The notes under the pieces are model-generated. The model had not been told where the DNA came from. It was given only the letters and a program-made list of their open reading frames with translations, and ran no database searches. DNA of 63,995 bases, filler included, from Circinaria calcarea (Eukaryota): the NCBI GenBank assembly GCA_051942165.1. It is 4 parts of 4 records of this genome, joined end to end, with 100 filler letters (N's around TTAATTAATTAA, not from the genome) between each part and the next. Parts side by side here need not be neighbours in the genome. Positions count along the whole stretch, not along the records: positions 50,050 to 63,995 come from JAVECS010000465.1; 3 more parts are not named here. One strand, 5' to 3'. Position 1 is the first letter of the stretch, and every line of letters starts with the position of its first letter. The position numbers were made by a program, and so were the translations under genes. Positions 50,374 through 62,192 of the stretch are shown piece by piece.

Positions 50374-52715
50374 TCAAGTCCGTGGTCGGCAATGCTGGCA
50401 ATCGCAATACGGGAGCTGCACCGGCTTGCGATCGCACTGGTCGTGAAGGAATTCGACCTGGGCAGACGTGTAATCCTGAACGCTTCCCGACTTAAATCTC
50501 GCCATCACATCGACAGCCTCTTTGACGCCTATCAAGATTTCCAATTAGCAAGACATCTCCATCAGGAGGGAGTCATCTATACATACTAGCAAATTCCAAG
50601 ATCGCTGAATTGCCTTGTTGAGCCTGCACATAGCGTTTCGTCGGACTTATGATTGCACATTTCACAAGCACCACGTCCCAAAAACGAGTTTTCATTTGAT
50701 GGGCAAGTTCTGCGGTCGTAGTCTTGACGGAGATTCCCTTGACGAGAAGGACACGAGATGCTCCTTCAGCGAGTACGGATGCAAGGATTTGGAGTTGAGC
50801 CGGGTAGATCTGCTAGGGTTAGGGTTTGATGGGTGTAATCCTCCAGGGGGGAACTTACTGCGTTGATCTCAAGGTCATGGTACCAGTCAATGTCGAGCTA
50901 GGGGTGGGTATAGGTTTAGTAGTGGCCTGTTTCAGCAGGTGGAGAGCCCTCGTACCTGAAGTCTTCGATAGCCATGCTGATCATTCTCTCTTATGTTCTG
51001 GCAGTGGCGGATCAAGGCGCTCGCTTCCGAAGGAAACATGAAGACGACAAGTGCCATACGTTCAGCAGGGAAGTATCTGTTGAACATGGCATTAGCTATT
51101 ATCTGACATGACGGCACGGAGGGTGCCTACTGGATCTCTTGGATAGTACCGCCAAAAATTCGTTCAACCAAAGCTGATGTAGAGTAATGCACCGGTTCAT
51201 GCAGCGTGACTGCAACCACTCGACCTCGCTGAAATGATAAAGTCCGGATGCGTCCGAATTGATGCATCGAGTTGTTGCGGTCAGGAAAGTCATTGCGGAA
51301 ATTGCTCAAGTCCTTGAGAGGCGCAAGCTCAGGCCCAGGGTCGTCAGCGACGGAGAGAGTAGAGTCAGTTGCCACGGAAGAAGTGCCTCCTGTCGGTGTT
51401 GATGGAAGGGAGAGACGAACACCACCTCGGACTGTAGTATCCGATGGTATCGACAATGGCTTTGGAGATAGAGCTATAGGATCTCGCCGAAGTCTCTTAG
51501 ATTGGTTCGGTCCAGTATACTGGATGTCTAATGGTGTTCGCTTGTGCACGCTAGAAGCATCCTTCAAAGCGTTATGCTGTCGGTTCTCCTGAGTTCCTGA
51601 TGCGACTCGCCTGTGTACGCTGGAAGTAGTTCTCGAGGTATTCTGTCGATTCTCCTGAGGCAGCGACTGTTTCCGAAGTTGTGGCAACGGATCATCAACT
51701 TGCAAAGAAGGCAACTGATCTTCGATACCCACTATACTGCTATTGTTCGGTGTATTCCTAGCTGTCCAATCAGCGATACTTTTCGGGTCGACAGAACGCA
51801 GGTATCTGTAAAGATGAAAGTTAGCTCAGAATGGTAAGGATAGAGTATGGAAGAGCACATTGATGGTATTTCTTCATAATCATAGATATCTGACGTTGCT
51901 GATAGATTCAGGCCAGCTCCCAGGCGCGAGACAAGCTCCCGGTTCTTATTATTGTAATGTAGGCGGCGCTTCTTCTCCTCAGGGCTGAGACCATCGAACT
52001 CACGTTTGGCCTTGCTGAGCTGTATTATTTCCTCCTCCCGTAGCTGCAACCTTTTGTTCCATTCATCTTCGTATCTTTTCTTCATAAGTCCACGGTTCTT
52101 GCCGTCAATATAATTTCCATCCCTATCCCGGAATTCGGCTCTGTTGTCAACCCGCTGATGAACAGTCGAAACCACCTCGCCACCAATGATGTTCTTGATA
52201 GGTTTAGAGTAGTCGTGAACTAGGTAGGCTCGGTTGCGTTTCTCGAAGTCGGAAATTGGTTGAAGGCTTTCGCGCATTATGAAACGGCTATCCACGAACC
52301 GTGCTTCCACATCTGGATCAATTTCAGGGTTCGAATCGGCGTGACTTGAGCTGGCGGAAGTATGGGAAGCCGCCCATGATGTACCGGTGCTGCTTGAAGT
52401 AGGTTCAGCCCACTGCGTCCACATATCATTGGCAGGACCGCTTTGCTTGGACTGCGACCACGCTCCGGTGTTTTCTCGCTGGCTTTCAAAAGCGCTATCC
52501 CATTGCCTTGAATTGCTTTCCTTGTCGATTGTTGTCCAGGTTCCTCGGACTTCTGCATCAGATTGATTGTGCATGAAGGAATAATCGTTTTTAGGCAGGA
52601 GACGAGCGTCCGGATCATATGGATCAACTTTAGGTTTTCTCGGTGCCAGGCCTGGTGCAAAGACACGAGGTGGAGGTGGCATTGACCTATCGTTTGAACT
52701 TGGTTGTGAAGGCAT
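50374..52715 (-). CDS. Tandem RRM-like RNA-binding protein with disordered N-terminus, multi-exon
   Basis: Spliced C-terminus reads GRVVAVTL...RIFGGTIQEIQ-YFPAERMALVVFMFPSEA (RRM-like 1), ASRVLLVKGI...AILEFAS-VKEAVDVM...VEFLHDQC (RRM-like 2), and ends YCDCQHCRPRT*. A probable 5'UTR intron lies at about 52732-52802. Confidence 0.7.
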
Positions 52716-53974
52716 GATAGGTAGTTTGACCTAATGACATAAAGGTTACTATATGGACTAGAGGGTGATCTTCAATCTATTTGATGCAACCAGCATCATT
52801 ACCTTTGATGTAATTCAGCAGTCGAAAGAACAGCACCACAGTCTTGGCAATTCTGTTGCAATGGATGTGAAGGATTTGGCCAGTTGATTTTATTTTGGAG
52901 AATACGATTGGACGTCAGCGGTTCTGAACGCTCAAAGGTGTATCCTGATGGCTCCCTCGGTATAGAGATTGACGGTGAAGACGCTGTCGTGCAGATAGGT
53001 AGAGTGAAATAGACTATCTTCGAGGAGATGGGCGGGAGGCTTCCCCTATATAGATGGAAGTAAAAGTCCGAAACAGAAGCAACTCACTCCAACGGGAAGC
53101 TCTACACGACCTCTTAACTGTCAGTCGGAAGAAGTGCGGAAATGTCTAAACGGTGCAAGGTCAGGAGATTGGCTAAAGTAGCCTCAACTCAAAGTGAACT
53201 CAAAGTGAATATGACAAAACTACCCGCCAACTAAGCCCAAAAGAGGCAAAGTGATAAATGAGGTTAGTGCAAGGTGATAAGTGAGGTTAGGGCAGAGTGG
53301 TGAGATGGAACAGCGGCCGCACAGGTGAGGTAGAAACAGGAATGCTCACCTCACAAATGGGTGGTCACCTCAATCTCAATTGCATCATCTGGACGGAAGT
53401 GGGTAGTCTATAGGATTCAAGACAGTGCACATCGCGTAAGGTGTGTCATTTAAGCCAAGTGTCAACGCAAAGTCATCAGCGAGCGCTCCGCCGCCGTCTA
53501 TTACTCTTGCGCGTTAGCCATGACGAGGAGGTGATTCAAGAACGATGAGAAATGCAATAAAAATTCTCATAAATGGTTATCATGGCGGATGGATGACGGA
53601 AGGCTAGCCACGATTGTATGGTTATGGAGAGGCAAGCATTCAGGTCGAGAGGGTGTATCCGAGATGGAAGGGTCATAAGTAAACAGATACAATTGAGAAA
53701 GTGAGCTTCCGAAAGGTGGTCGGTATCTGAACACGACGATTGAATCATTGTTCCCACATCACGGGCTTGTGCGTATGTCCCATTGACAGCGGGAGGTGAT
53801 CGTCGATATGAATGGAAGAAATAGTACCTATGTAATGCATCGTGGTATACGCAGACCCCCAGTCCATGACGCCTTCCAATGCTTCCTCTGGTTGCTGCTG
53901 AACGCCACTATGAACAAACGTCAAATGTCGCATAGCCGTGGACACCAGTCGTTCTGATCCGAGTCTGAAGGATA

Positions 53975-56866
53975 TCACCTATTCCGATCCGCCTCTGTAC
54001 TCCTTGTGTCTGCACGCCTCCACGCTGCGTCTCCATGGAACGCAGAGAGGCTCAATGAAGCCAGTCCCCTCCAACCTCCCCTTGAAGAGAAACCATGCGG
54101 TTGATCGTTTACGAGAGTTGCTGCCATATCATCATCTCCTCTCTCCAAATCGTCGTCATCTTGGTCGGGGGCGCGAGGGATAGGTATTGCAGATGACGGA
54201 GAATCATTTATAGTCTCGGCAATCTGTGTTTGGATGTCTTCTTCGTCAGGATTGTCTTGATACGCAGGCCGAGTACTTGAAGGATGTGCCATGGAGGATG
54301 AAGCATTCGCCATTGAGCGGACGACGTCCCCCTTGCAAATGGGGCAGGTACGGCGACGGGTTGTGAGCCATGGTGTTCTATATAAGGTTAATGACAATCT
54401 GCGCCAGACGATGGGTCGAGGAAGAGTAACTCACATGCACTCGGCGTGAAACTCATGACCGCAAGGGAGGCTCATCACTCTACTTTGGCCATCAACATAT
54501 TCCTCGAGACAAACTACACATTCAATTTGCTTCCCATTGTACCTTCTTTTCGGCACGGAACTGTCGACTTTCTCATGTTGAGACAGGGAGGCTTTGACAG
54601 TCGCATTGTCGAGGGAAGCAGATGCGCTTTCGCCAATTCCAGAGGTAGTTTGTGAACGAGGTCGAGAGCGTGACAAGACAGATCGAGGACTAGAGTGAAG
54701 AAGGGGCGACGTAGGTGATGACATGTTAGGAGAAGGGAGTTGTGAGGACGTCCGACTTGATGCACATGACATTGTGTGATACGTCCGCACCGGAAGACGG
54801 TCTACAACAGATTTGGGTGCTCGCCACCGCCGGCGTCGTATGCGAGACCGGAGGAGTAGCAAAGCATAGACAACGGTGAGAGTGACCAGCGGACTAACGA
54901 CAAGAACTAGCAAGGTATCGAAAAACGGACTCGTTGAGATCGTTGTTGGTGTTAACGTGACCCATAAGCCATCATGATCGTAGGAGGCGTCGTAGTCTTC
55001 ATCATTATCGACGAACTCAAGGTCTTGCACAAAGTGCGGAGTGGGCTTTTTCCTTTGCATCTCCTGAGCCTTCCAGTCTTGGTTATAGATAGTCTCTTGA
55101 TCTGGTGAACCCCAAATTAGCCGGCTTAGCCAGCTTCGGCCAACTGGATGCTTGTTATCCGTGGTCGGTTTGGCTACTGATGATTCTCCATGCGGCGAGT
55201 TTTGTACCGAGACATCAACTTCATTAGTAGTATCTTGATACTCTCCGCTGCCCGGGGTAATGCTACCCCCGGTGAGGCCATTGCTATTCTGTCCATCTAC
55301 ACCATCAGTGGTAGTGATGGGAGAATTTGTGGCCCGGCTGCTTCCTTTGGTCGCAGTTTGCTCGGTTTTACCCTTCCCTTTTCCTAGCAAGCTTTTGGTG
55401 CCATGGTGCATGAGAACGTCTGGATCACGCCAGTCGTGCACGCCAATGACAAAGTCGTCTCCCGAATTTTTCTGCACACCTGACTTTAGACTGGACTTAG
55501 ATCTGCTACTCTTGTCCTTGGTTTGAGCGGATTTTGCTCTACTCTCTTCGCCAGTTGCAGGTTCCTCGTTCCAGCTATCACTGATGATCCAATTTATGCG
55601 GCCGCTACTCGGGGGACGTCTGCTATCCGCGGGCAGTCCCGAAGAGCTTGATCTTCCATCAAGCCCGAGCACAGACCCCAGAGAACGCAGCCAGCCGGTC
55701 TTCTTTTGTCCCTCCGATGACGTATCACCAGTATCTGAAGCTGGTAATATACTCGGTCGAGGGGTACCTGTAGGCTTGGTACCAGCGGTAGCTTGAGTAA
55801 AGGTGGTCCCTGTTGATGACTTGCCTTTCTTGCCCTTCTTCTTGTTGGCAACAACTTTGTTAAAGTGGCTCTTCCCAGAAATGCGTCTCGAACCGCCCCC
55901 TTGCACCCTCTCCTTGTCTGTCCCCAGCGGTGGTATGAGCGACGAGAGTAAATGTGCGGTTGTGCGCGAGGTAAACAAGGACGGAATAGACACGTTCGAG
56001 CTATCCCCTCGTGCATACATTGTGAGTATAGGTCCACCACGTTCATTGTCCCCTACTATGAGAGCCACGCCGCCTCTCCTTTGGACCCACATGACTTTCT
56101 CAAGGAAACCGCAGCCACCTCTGCTTAAAATCACAACTTTTCCAGCTATCTCGGCGCTTTCTTGTAATGACTGTATATCTGCATGCTCGGGATGGCCATC
56201 GTTGGCGTACTCGTGTCCAGCAGATTGCCCGGGCTGGCCGGGCTTGTTTATGTGGGAACCAGGAAGTGGATGGTGTAGATGGTCATCTGTCCCATCATCC
56301 TCATCTGGTTTTGAGTCTTCGTCCACAATCTGTGGTAGGCTCAGTCCAACGTTTGTATTTGACTTTTGCTGGATTGCATCTTTGTCTTTTCCCTCGGCAA
56401 TCTTGTCCGACTGCAACGACGAGGTGCCTTCAACTATACTCTCCACATCCTTGCCATCATGGTGGTGTCTGTTCCCGTCTCCGAATCCTGGAACGTCACT
56501 GCAACCAAGCTCACCCTCCGCCCCTGTGATTGCACCACCTTTTCCCAGATTGTCGTCACCAAAGCCACTTCCCACCCATAGCTGTCCACTGAGTCCATCC
56601 AGGGGGAGCGAGGGCCCAAATGCGGCAGGCTTGGCTAGGAAGAAGGTCGAGTTGTCGTCTGTTAAGCTTATGATAGCAGAAGGAGGGAAGAGAGCAGACG
56701 GCGTATGAAAAGAGAAGAAGGCTCTTAAGCCAGATCTTTGGGCTGGGCTCGTTGACCTGGTTTTGCCTTCGTTACGAGGATGTGAATAGAGGAGAGAAAA
56801 GAAGGTTAGGAATACAGGCAGAGCGATGAAACAAAGAAGCAGGAGCACCAGCGGTGGCGATCGCAT
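53975..56866 (-). CDS. PA domain-TM-RING-H2 E3 ubiquitin ligase, 2 exons
   Basis: N-terminal hydrophobic segment; PA motifs PAAFGP and ILSRGGCGFLEKVMWVQRRGGVALIVGD; TM LLVLVVSPLVTLTVVYALLLL; RING-H2 CVVCLEEY...LPCGHEFHAEC-ITPWL...CPICK. Confidence 0.93.
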
Positions 56867-56995
56867 GACTGCTATGTGCTCCGCCTGGTGTAGGTCCCCG
56901 AAAGTCTACCACTATCTGTGTCTAAATAGACCTTCAGATATGTATTAATCAATGTGGCAGTACTCCGTAGCGGCGAGGCCTGCTCGTTTGTAGAA

Positions 56996-57039
56996 GTGAG
57001 GAGTGTGGAGTGTGGAGTGTGGAGTGTGGAGTGTGGAGT
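56996..57039. repeat. 7-bp tandem repeat (GTGGAGT) x~5 upstream of the E3 ligase gene
   Basis: gagtgtggagtgtggagtgtggagtgtggagtgtggagt. Confidence 0.9.
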
Positions 57040-57504
57040 ATCTAGGATTATTGCTATCGGCCTTGGTTCTACGACGAGGCCAAGCCTAGGCCGCATAAGT
57101 GGCACAAGGCGCATAAAAATTAGTCTTGTGGTCATATTAACACTTGTGCATAATCTAGACTCTGAAATACTACCGAGGTCTGCCGGATCCTCCTCAAAAC
57201 TTCAAGTTTACAGGTACGAGGCCGGGCTCGCAGAAGTCGTTTGTTGAGAGTAAGAGTATGAAACGAGAAGGTCCTTCTCATGCAGGATTCGTATCTCGTC
57301 CAATGGTTCTTGAATAGTCTGGCTCCAGAAGCCATGTAGGTGGACCCACTCTGGTTCCCCGCGTATTCGTGGTGGTCGTCGCTTAAGCTCTGGGGGGGAG
57401 TCGCCCGGTAAAATACTACTCCGAGTAATACCCGAAATCATAATCTATAATTAAGCGTGTGATCCGGGTCTATACCTTTTATTTAGAAAAAGTACGCCGG
57501 CTTA

Positions 57505-58530
57505 ATTGGGGGTTTTAGCAAAACTTGTTATATTAATATAATATGAACCTAGGCACGGAATAACTCTAGCCCCAATTAATACATACCCTGCATGGAAAGA
57601 GCCCCCGCCTTAGCTTTACGTAGCTCTGCTGTACTGATCTATAAGTATATTAGTCGTTAGTGCGATCTGCTAAAACGGGGATTTAATTAATCGCTCTATT
57701 CAGAATATACCCTGTTTTGCTAAGCTTACTAACGACTAATATGCTTGTAGACCAGTACTTCCACAACGGAGCTATATTATACTTGGGGGTGTTAGCAGAA
57801 TTTTGTAAGAGGTATGTTATGTACGGGAGCCCGGCGCCGAGACCTTAAGCCTGATATAATAAGGCTCAGGTGGCAGGCTTACCATGCTGGCACAGAATCT
57901 GCGTCCTGGTATTGGGTCAAAAATATTCACTTAGGAGGTTTCGCTAGATTGTTGTAAGGAGTTTATTATGTACGGAAGGCCAGCACCGATACCCTAACTT
58001 AATATAGTAAAGCTCAGGTGATAGGCATATCTTATTCACGCGGAATCCTCGTTTTTATATTGGCTAGAATGGGTCCATTAAAATAATATAGCTCCGATAT
58101 TAATAAGATATAACGCTAGACAGGGGCTCTTTCGTGAGTAGGATATGAATTGGCTGGAATATAGTTTTTCCGAGCCTACATCATATTAGCTTAATATAAC
58201 AAAAATCCACCGAAACCTCCTAACTAATTGAGGGTTTTAGCAAAACTTATTATGTTAGTGTAATATGAACCTAGGCGCGGAATAACTTTTGGCCCAAACC
58301 AATACACACCTGAGCCCCCGGTATAATTTTACGTAGCTCTGTTGTATTCTATACTTCCACAACGGAGCTATGATATATTAATGAGTGTTTCTGACCAATA
58401 CCAGGGCGCAGATTCTGTGCCAGCATGGTAGGCCTGCCACCTGAGCCTTATTATATCAGGCTTAAGGTCTCGGCGCCGGGCTCCCGTACATAATATACCT
58501 CTTACAAAATTCTGCTAACACCCCCAAGTA
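57505..58530. mobile_element. Nest of non-autonomous TIR elements (MITE-like, TA-flanked)
   Basis: Full copy 58227-58528 with ends ATTGAGGGTTTTAGCAAAA / TTCTGCTAACACCCCCAAG. A second copy of its left half starts at 57505. An inverted copy of its right half lies at 57782-57930. A diverged sibling lies at 57931-58223 with TIR TTAGGAGGTTTCG. Confidence 0.8.
57634..57755. mobile_element. 122-bp hairpin MITE inserted in another MITE
   Basis: About 28-bp TIRs (CTGATCTATAAGTATATTAGTCGTTAGT / ACTAACGACTAATATGCTTGTAGACCAG) flanked by TA on both sides; absent from the paralogous copy near 58345. Confidence 0.8.
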
Positions 58531-59713
58531 TTCGTGCCTCTGCCTAATGTTTGCGCGCGCCTTTACATTTACTGTGTATGTAAAGACGGAGGCATAACAG
58601 AGGAATAGGGTATATTCCGCGTGTTGTGGCAAACCAATCTCTAAGGCTCTACCGTAGTAGGCACTCCATATATACAGCTAAAGTCCATGTCTTTTAAGCC
58701 TTCCGGGGCTTCTGCGCTCAGTGTAACGCTACAATCATGCCTTCGGAATGCGCCTTCTGAATTCGCGCATTAATTAGCCTCGGTCCTGACCAAAACAAAC
58801 ACCCGCTATCCGCAGAGGTAAACACCCATTATTCGCAGAGGTGAGCGCCCGGCACGGGGGCGAATGCGCCTAAATTTATTACATACCGGGCGACCCCCCC
58901 CGGAAAGGTTGGCAACCACCCCGAATACGCGGGGCACTCTGTTCTGTGTTTATGGTTCGTTCTACCTTAGGGGACAGCTCGGCGCCATGTAAAACAGCAG
59001 CTCATTGAAAGTCTGACCATGGTATCAATTCACCAATATCTACTATGATTACTAGAGTTTCCTCAACCTGAGAAGCATCTAAGCCTGGCTGCCCCTGGCA
59101 CCAAGAGGACATGTGTTTATCCTATGTTTTACAGCATATATCAACAGCACATATCAGCAGCATATATAAACTGCATACATCAACTGCATACTTTGCCACT
59201 GTTCTATTCTCATCTACCTTTCCCGCTAATCAGTCCTAGGTTGCTAGCGGCTTCACAGGAAGATGTATTCAATTTTTTCGACCCAGGGACGTCTAGAATA
59301 CCCATTACGTCTGTCATCAATGTCATACCCACTCTCAATTGGTCTCTTTTCCCTTTACTCATTGGCCCTTGTAGCTAAAGCTTAACTCTTTTATGTTTCC
59401 ATCCTCTTCGACCATAGGAGTTCTTGCTTGACTTGGTAGGACTCTAGGGCCTTGCCAAATGTGGCGCCGATCTGTCAGAGCCTCTGCTAGGAGCAATTGG
59501 CTTTGATGGACTACCAATGGCCAGTACGTTAGTTATGGTACAGGTCCTTTCCTACCGTCATAGACGGCAAGCCCCATTCGAGCATGACAGATTCTCACCA
59601 TTAATACCTTTATCCCTCCGGCTCCTCTTGATGTTTCCGTCGAGAGTAACGAGTTCCATATAAGAGGAGGCTCCTTTCATTCGCATATCTTCAAATTTAC
59701 GATCAAAGTCCGC

Positions 59714-61123
59714 ATGAAGGATAAAGTTCCTCGAACCAAGGGAGGGTTTGTCCTTCCCGGGAAAAAGAAAAGGACTCAGAACTCTGATGCAAACTCCACG
59801 TACTCACGTCGTCTCCCTTTCCTTGACGGCTTACCAGATGGAGTACGGAATTACATCGTCGCCATGTCCGGCGAGTTTGTAGGGACATTCATGTTCCTCT
59901 TCTTCGCATTCTCTGGGACTCAGGTCGCGAACACCAAAAGCCCGGGGGCTACCGTGATAGATGCTCCCGACCTAGTCCAACTCCTCTACATCAGCCTCTG
60001 CTTTGGCTTCTCACTCGCCGTAAATGCATGGGTAATGTTTAGGATTTCCGGTGGACTCTTCAATCCCGCTGTAAGTTTAGTTGCTGTTTCGTTCGTAGCC
60101 CCTATCTACCATCTCCTGTCTTAGCGTCCGCCCTACACAGAACATTTCTAATATCAGATTGTGATGATCAACAATGTCGCAAGCTGAAAGATGGTCATTT
60201 AATATATCATGCTAATAAGACTAGGTCACGCTTGGCATGTGTCTGGTAGGCGTAATACCTTGGGTGAGGGGAGCCCTATCTGTGGTGTCGCAACTGCTAG
60301 GGGCAATCGCCTCCGCCGCCGCCGTTTCTGCAACGTTCCCAGGCTCTCTGAATGTTCGCACTTCGCTTGGTGGTGGGACTACGGTGGCACGAGGGCTTTT
60401 CATTGAGATGTTTTTAACGGCTCAGCTGGTATTCACCATTTTTATGCTCGCTGCCGAAAAGCATAAAGCAACATTCATTGCTCCTGTGGGGATAGGGCTT
60501 TCATTGTTCATCGCAGAACTCACGGGAGTCTACTATACGGGAGGGTCTGTCAACCCAGCTCGGTCGTTTGGCCCCTGTGTAGTTCTCCGTTCGTTTCATC
60601 ATTATGATTGGATTTATTGGGCATGTAGCAGACCCGATTACTTCACCAATACAGAAGAGCTGACTCTGCGAAGGTTGGACCGATCCTTGGCAGCCTCCTA
60701 GCTTCAGGCTTCTACATTTTTATCAAAATGCTCGAGTATGAGACTGCCAACCCTGGTCAAGACAAAGACGATACAGAGCCTCGTGTCCTCGCTCCCGGGC
60801 AAGACCGGCCGCGTCCCCGTGTCAGTTTCGCGCCAGAGGAACCACAGAGTCCACCCAATGGGCATGATGGGGAAACTGTAGATCGCGACGTCGTGGAGGA
60901 TTCGAACAGACACATTGTCAGCAACAGATCGCAGTCCGTTCTGGATTGGCTCGGGCGACCTCAGATGTCGGCTTTGAGAGGAGGGAGAACAGGGCCTACA
61001 TACCCACCGGTGGAGGGTGCTGCCAACTATACGACTCGAAACACTCGGCTTGCGGAATCCTTCAACACGGCACCTGTCGCAGAAGCTGGGAGGATCTTAC
61101 CTCGAAGTGCAGGGCATGCATGA
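59714..61123 (+). CDS. AQY1: Aquaporin (MIP family, orthodox AQY1-type), 3 exons
   Basis: GEFVGTFMFLFF, ISGGLFNPA-V, GGSVNPARSFGP, WIYW-VGP and LEYETANPGQD. Introns at about 60071-60224 and 60621-60673 (GC donor). Confidence 0.93.
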
Positions 61124-61429
61124 TTTGGACCTTTGAGTTATTGGGAGTGGCGCATGGTCTGGATCGACTTTGGATTGTCTTATATTAGCATTGTACTCAG
61201 GTGTAATGGAATTGCTTGGAGTCAGTGAGCACAAACATTCGGCAAGCCGCTACAGTATATGCATCATGGCGATCTTGTTTACTTGAGTACTGCACATATA
61301 AGTGTCTATGTATCTATCGAAATAACTCGCAGTGTCTAGTTCATGTGAAGTCTTCTCAATCGTGAAGGGAAAGTAGATGGCGTTGTCGAAAGCAATCGTA
61401 TGACCCTGGAGAACCTCTCGCGCATAGAT

Positions 61430-61909
61430 TCACGTCATCAGGATGCTCTCCAACCTTGGAATATTGATCTGCACTTCGAGATCAGAAAAAGTATGTGTTG
61501 TGTCAGGGTACCATATCCCTAAGCGCGGGTGTCAATTGGCTAAGATCGCCGATATACAGAGTACGTTGTGGCAGTGTCGAATGTGGCGGTGTACCAGAAC
61601 GGTGGCGGTGCATTTCCTTACCAGATACGGTAAGGTCTCAACGAGCTATGATATCATCTTGCACGATCGTAACCCCGCGATTGCGTGAGAAGACCTTTGA
61701 ATTGGAAGGCAGTTTCCGAAGCCAAATGTAACTTGGCGCTTGAGGATGCACACCCTATCAATGCACTTCCAAAAGGGGGGGGGGCTACTAAAAGAAGGGA
61801 AAAGTGTGGGGTCAACAGGTGGAGATTCCGGTTCCTGCAGTGGCGTAGAGTAGAGTCAGGGCGTTACTAGAGGGGGGAACGGGCCATGGCCATCTGTACT
61901 GTGACGTGA
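61430..61909. promoter_or_regulatory. Candidate CRE-like (TGACGTGA) and STRE (AGGGG) sites upstream of the dehydrin-like gene
   Basis: TCACGTCAT at 61430-61438, TGACGTGA at 61902-61909, AGGGG at 61774 and 61871. These are short motifs, so function is inferred. Confidence 0.4.
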
Positions 61910-62192
61910 ATTTGCTTCGGGCAGTTCCTGCCCGGTTTTTCTTTCATTTGATTCACCAACTGCTGGTGAATGTGGGCAAGTGGGGCTAGCTGCATAGCCT
62001 TGTGTGTTTACTCACAGTGCATCTGTAATCCACCATAAAAACCCCACTTCCCCCCTCTTCATCCTCCTCCTCTTTAACCATTTCTCACTCTCAACTCTCA
62101 CTCCTACAACAATCAGAAAACAGACATCTTCCATCAGCATACCCCACAGCACATCACATTCACAGACTTCCCAACAACACACAACGGTCATC

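Noticed and set aside
53186..53292. Short direct repeats (AACTCAAAGTG x2; GTGATAARTGAGGTTAG x2) upstream of the RRM gene
   Set aside because: Two-copy local duplications are common; there is no independent evidence of function.
55803..56708. Long antisense ORFs (301 aa here; also 33701-34474, 25481-26266 and 690-1328)
   Set aside because: They are shadows of well-supported genes on the opposite strand and carry no motifs of their own.
57505..58530. CRISPR-like array or ncRNA cluster
   Set aside because: Eukaryotic context and no regular repeat-spacer period; the structure is explained by TIR elements.
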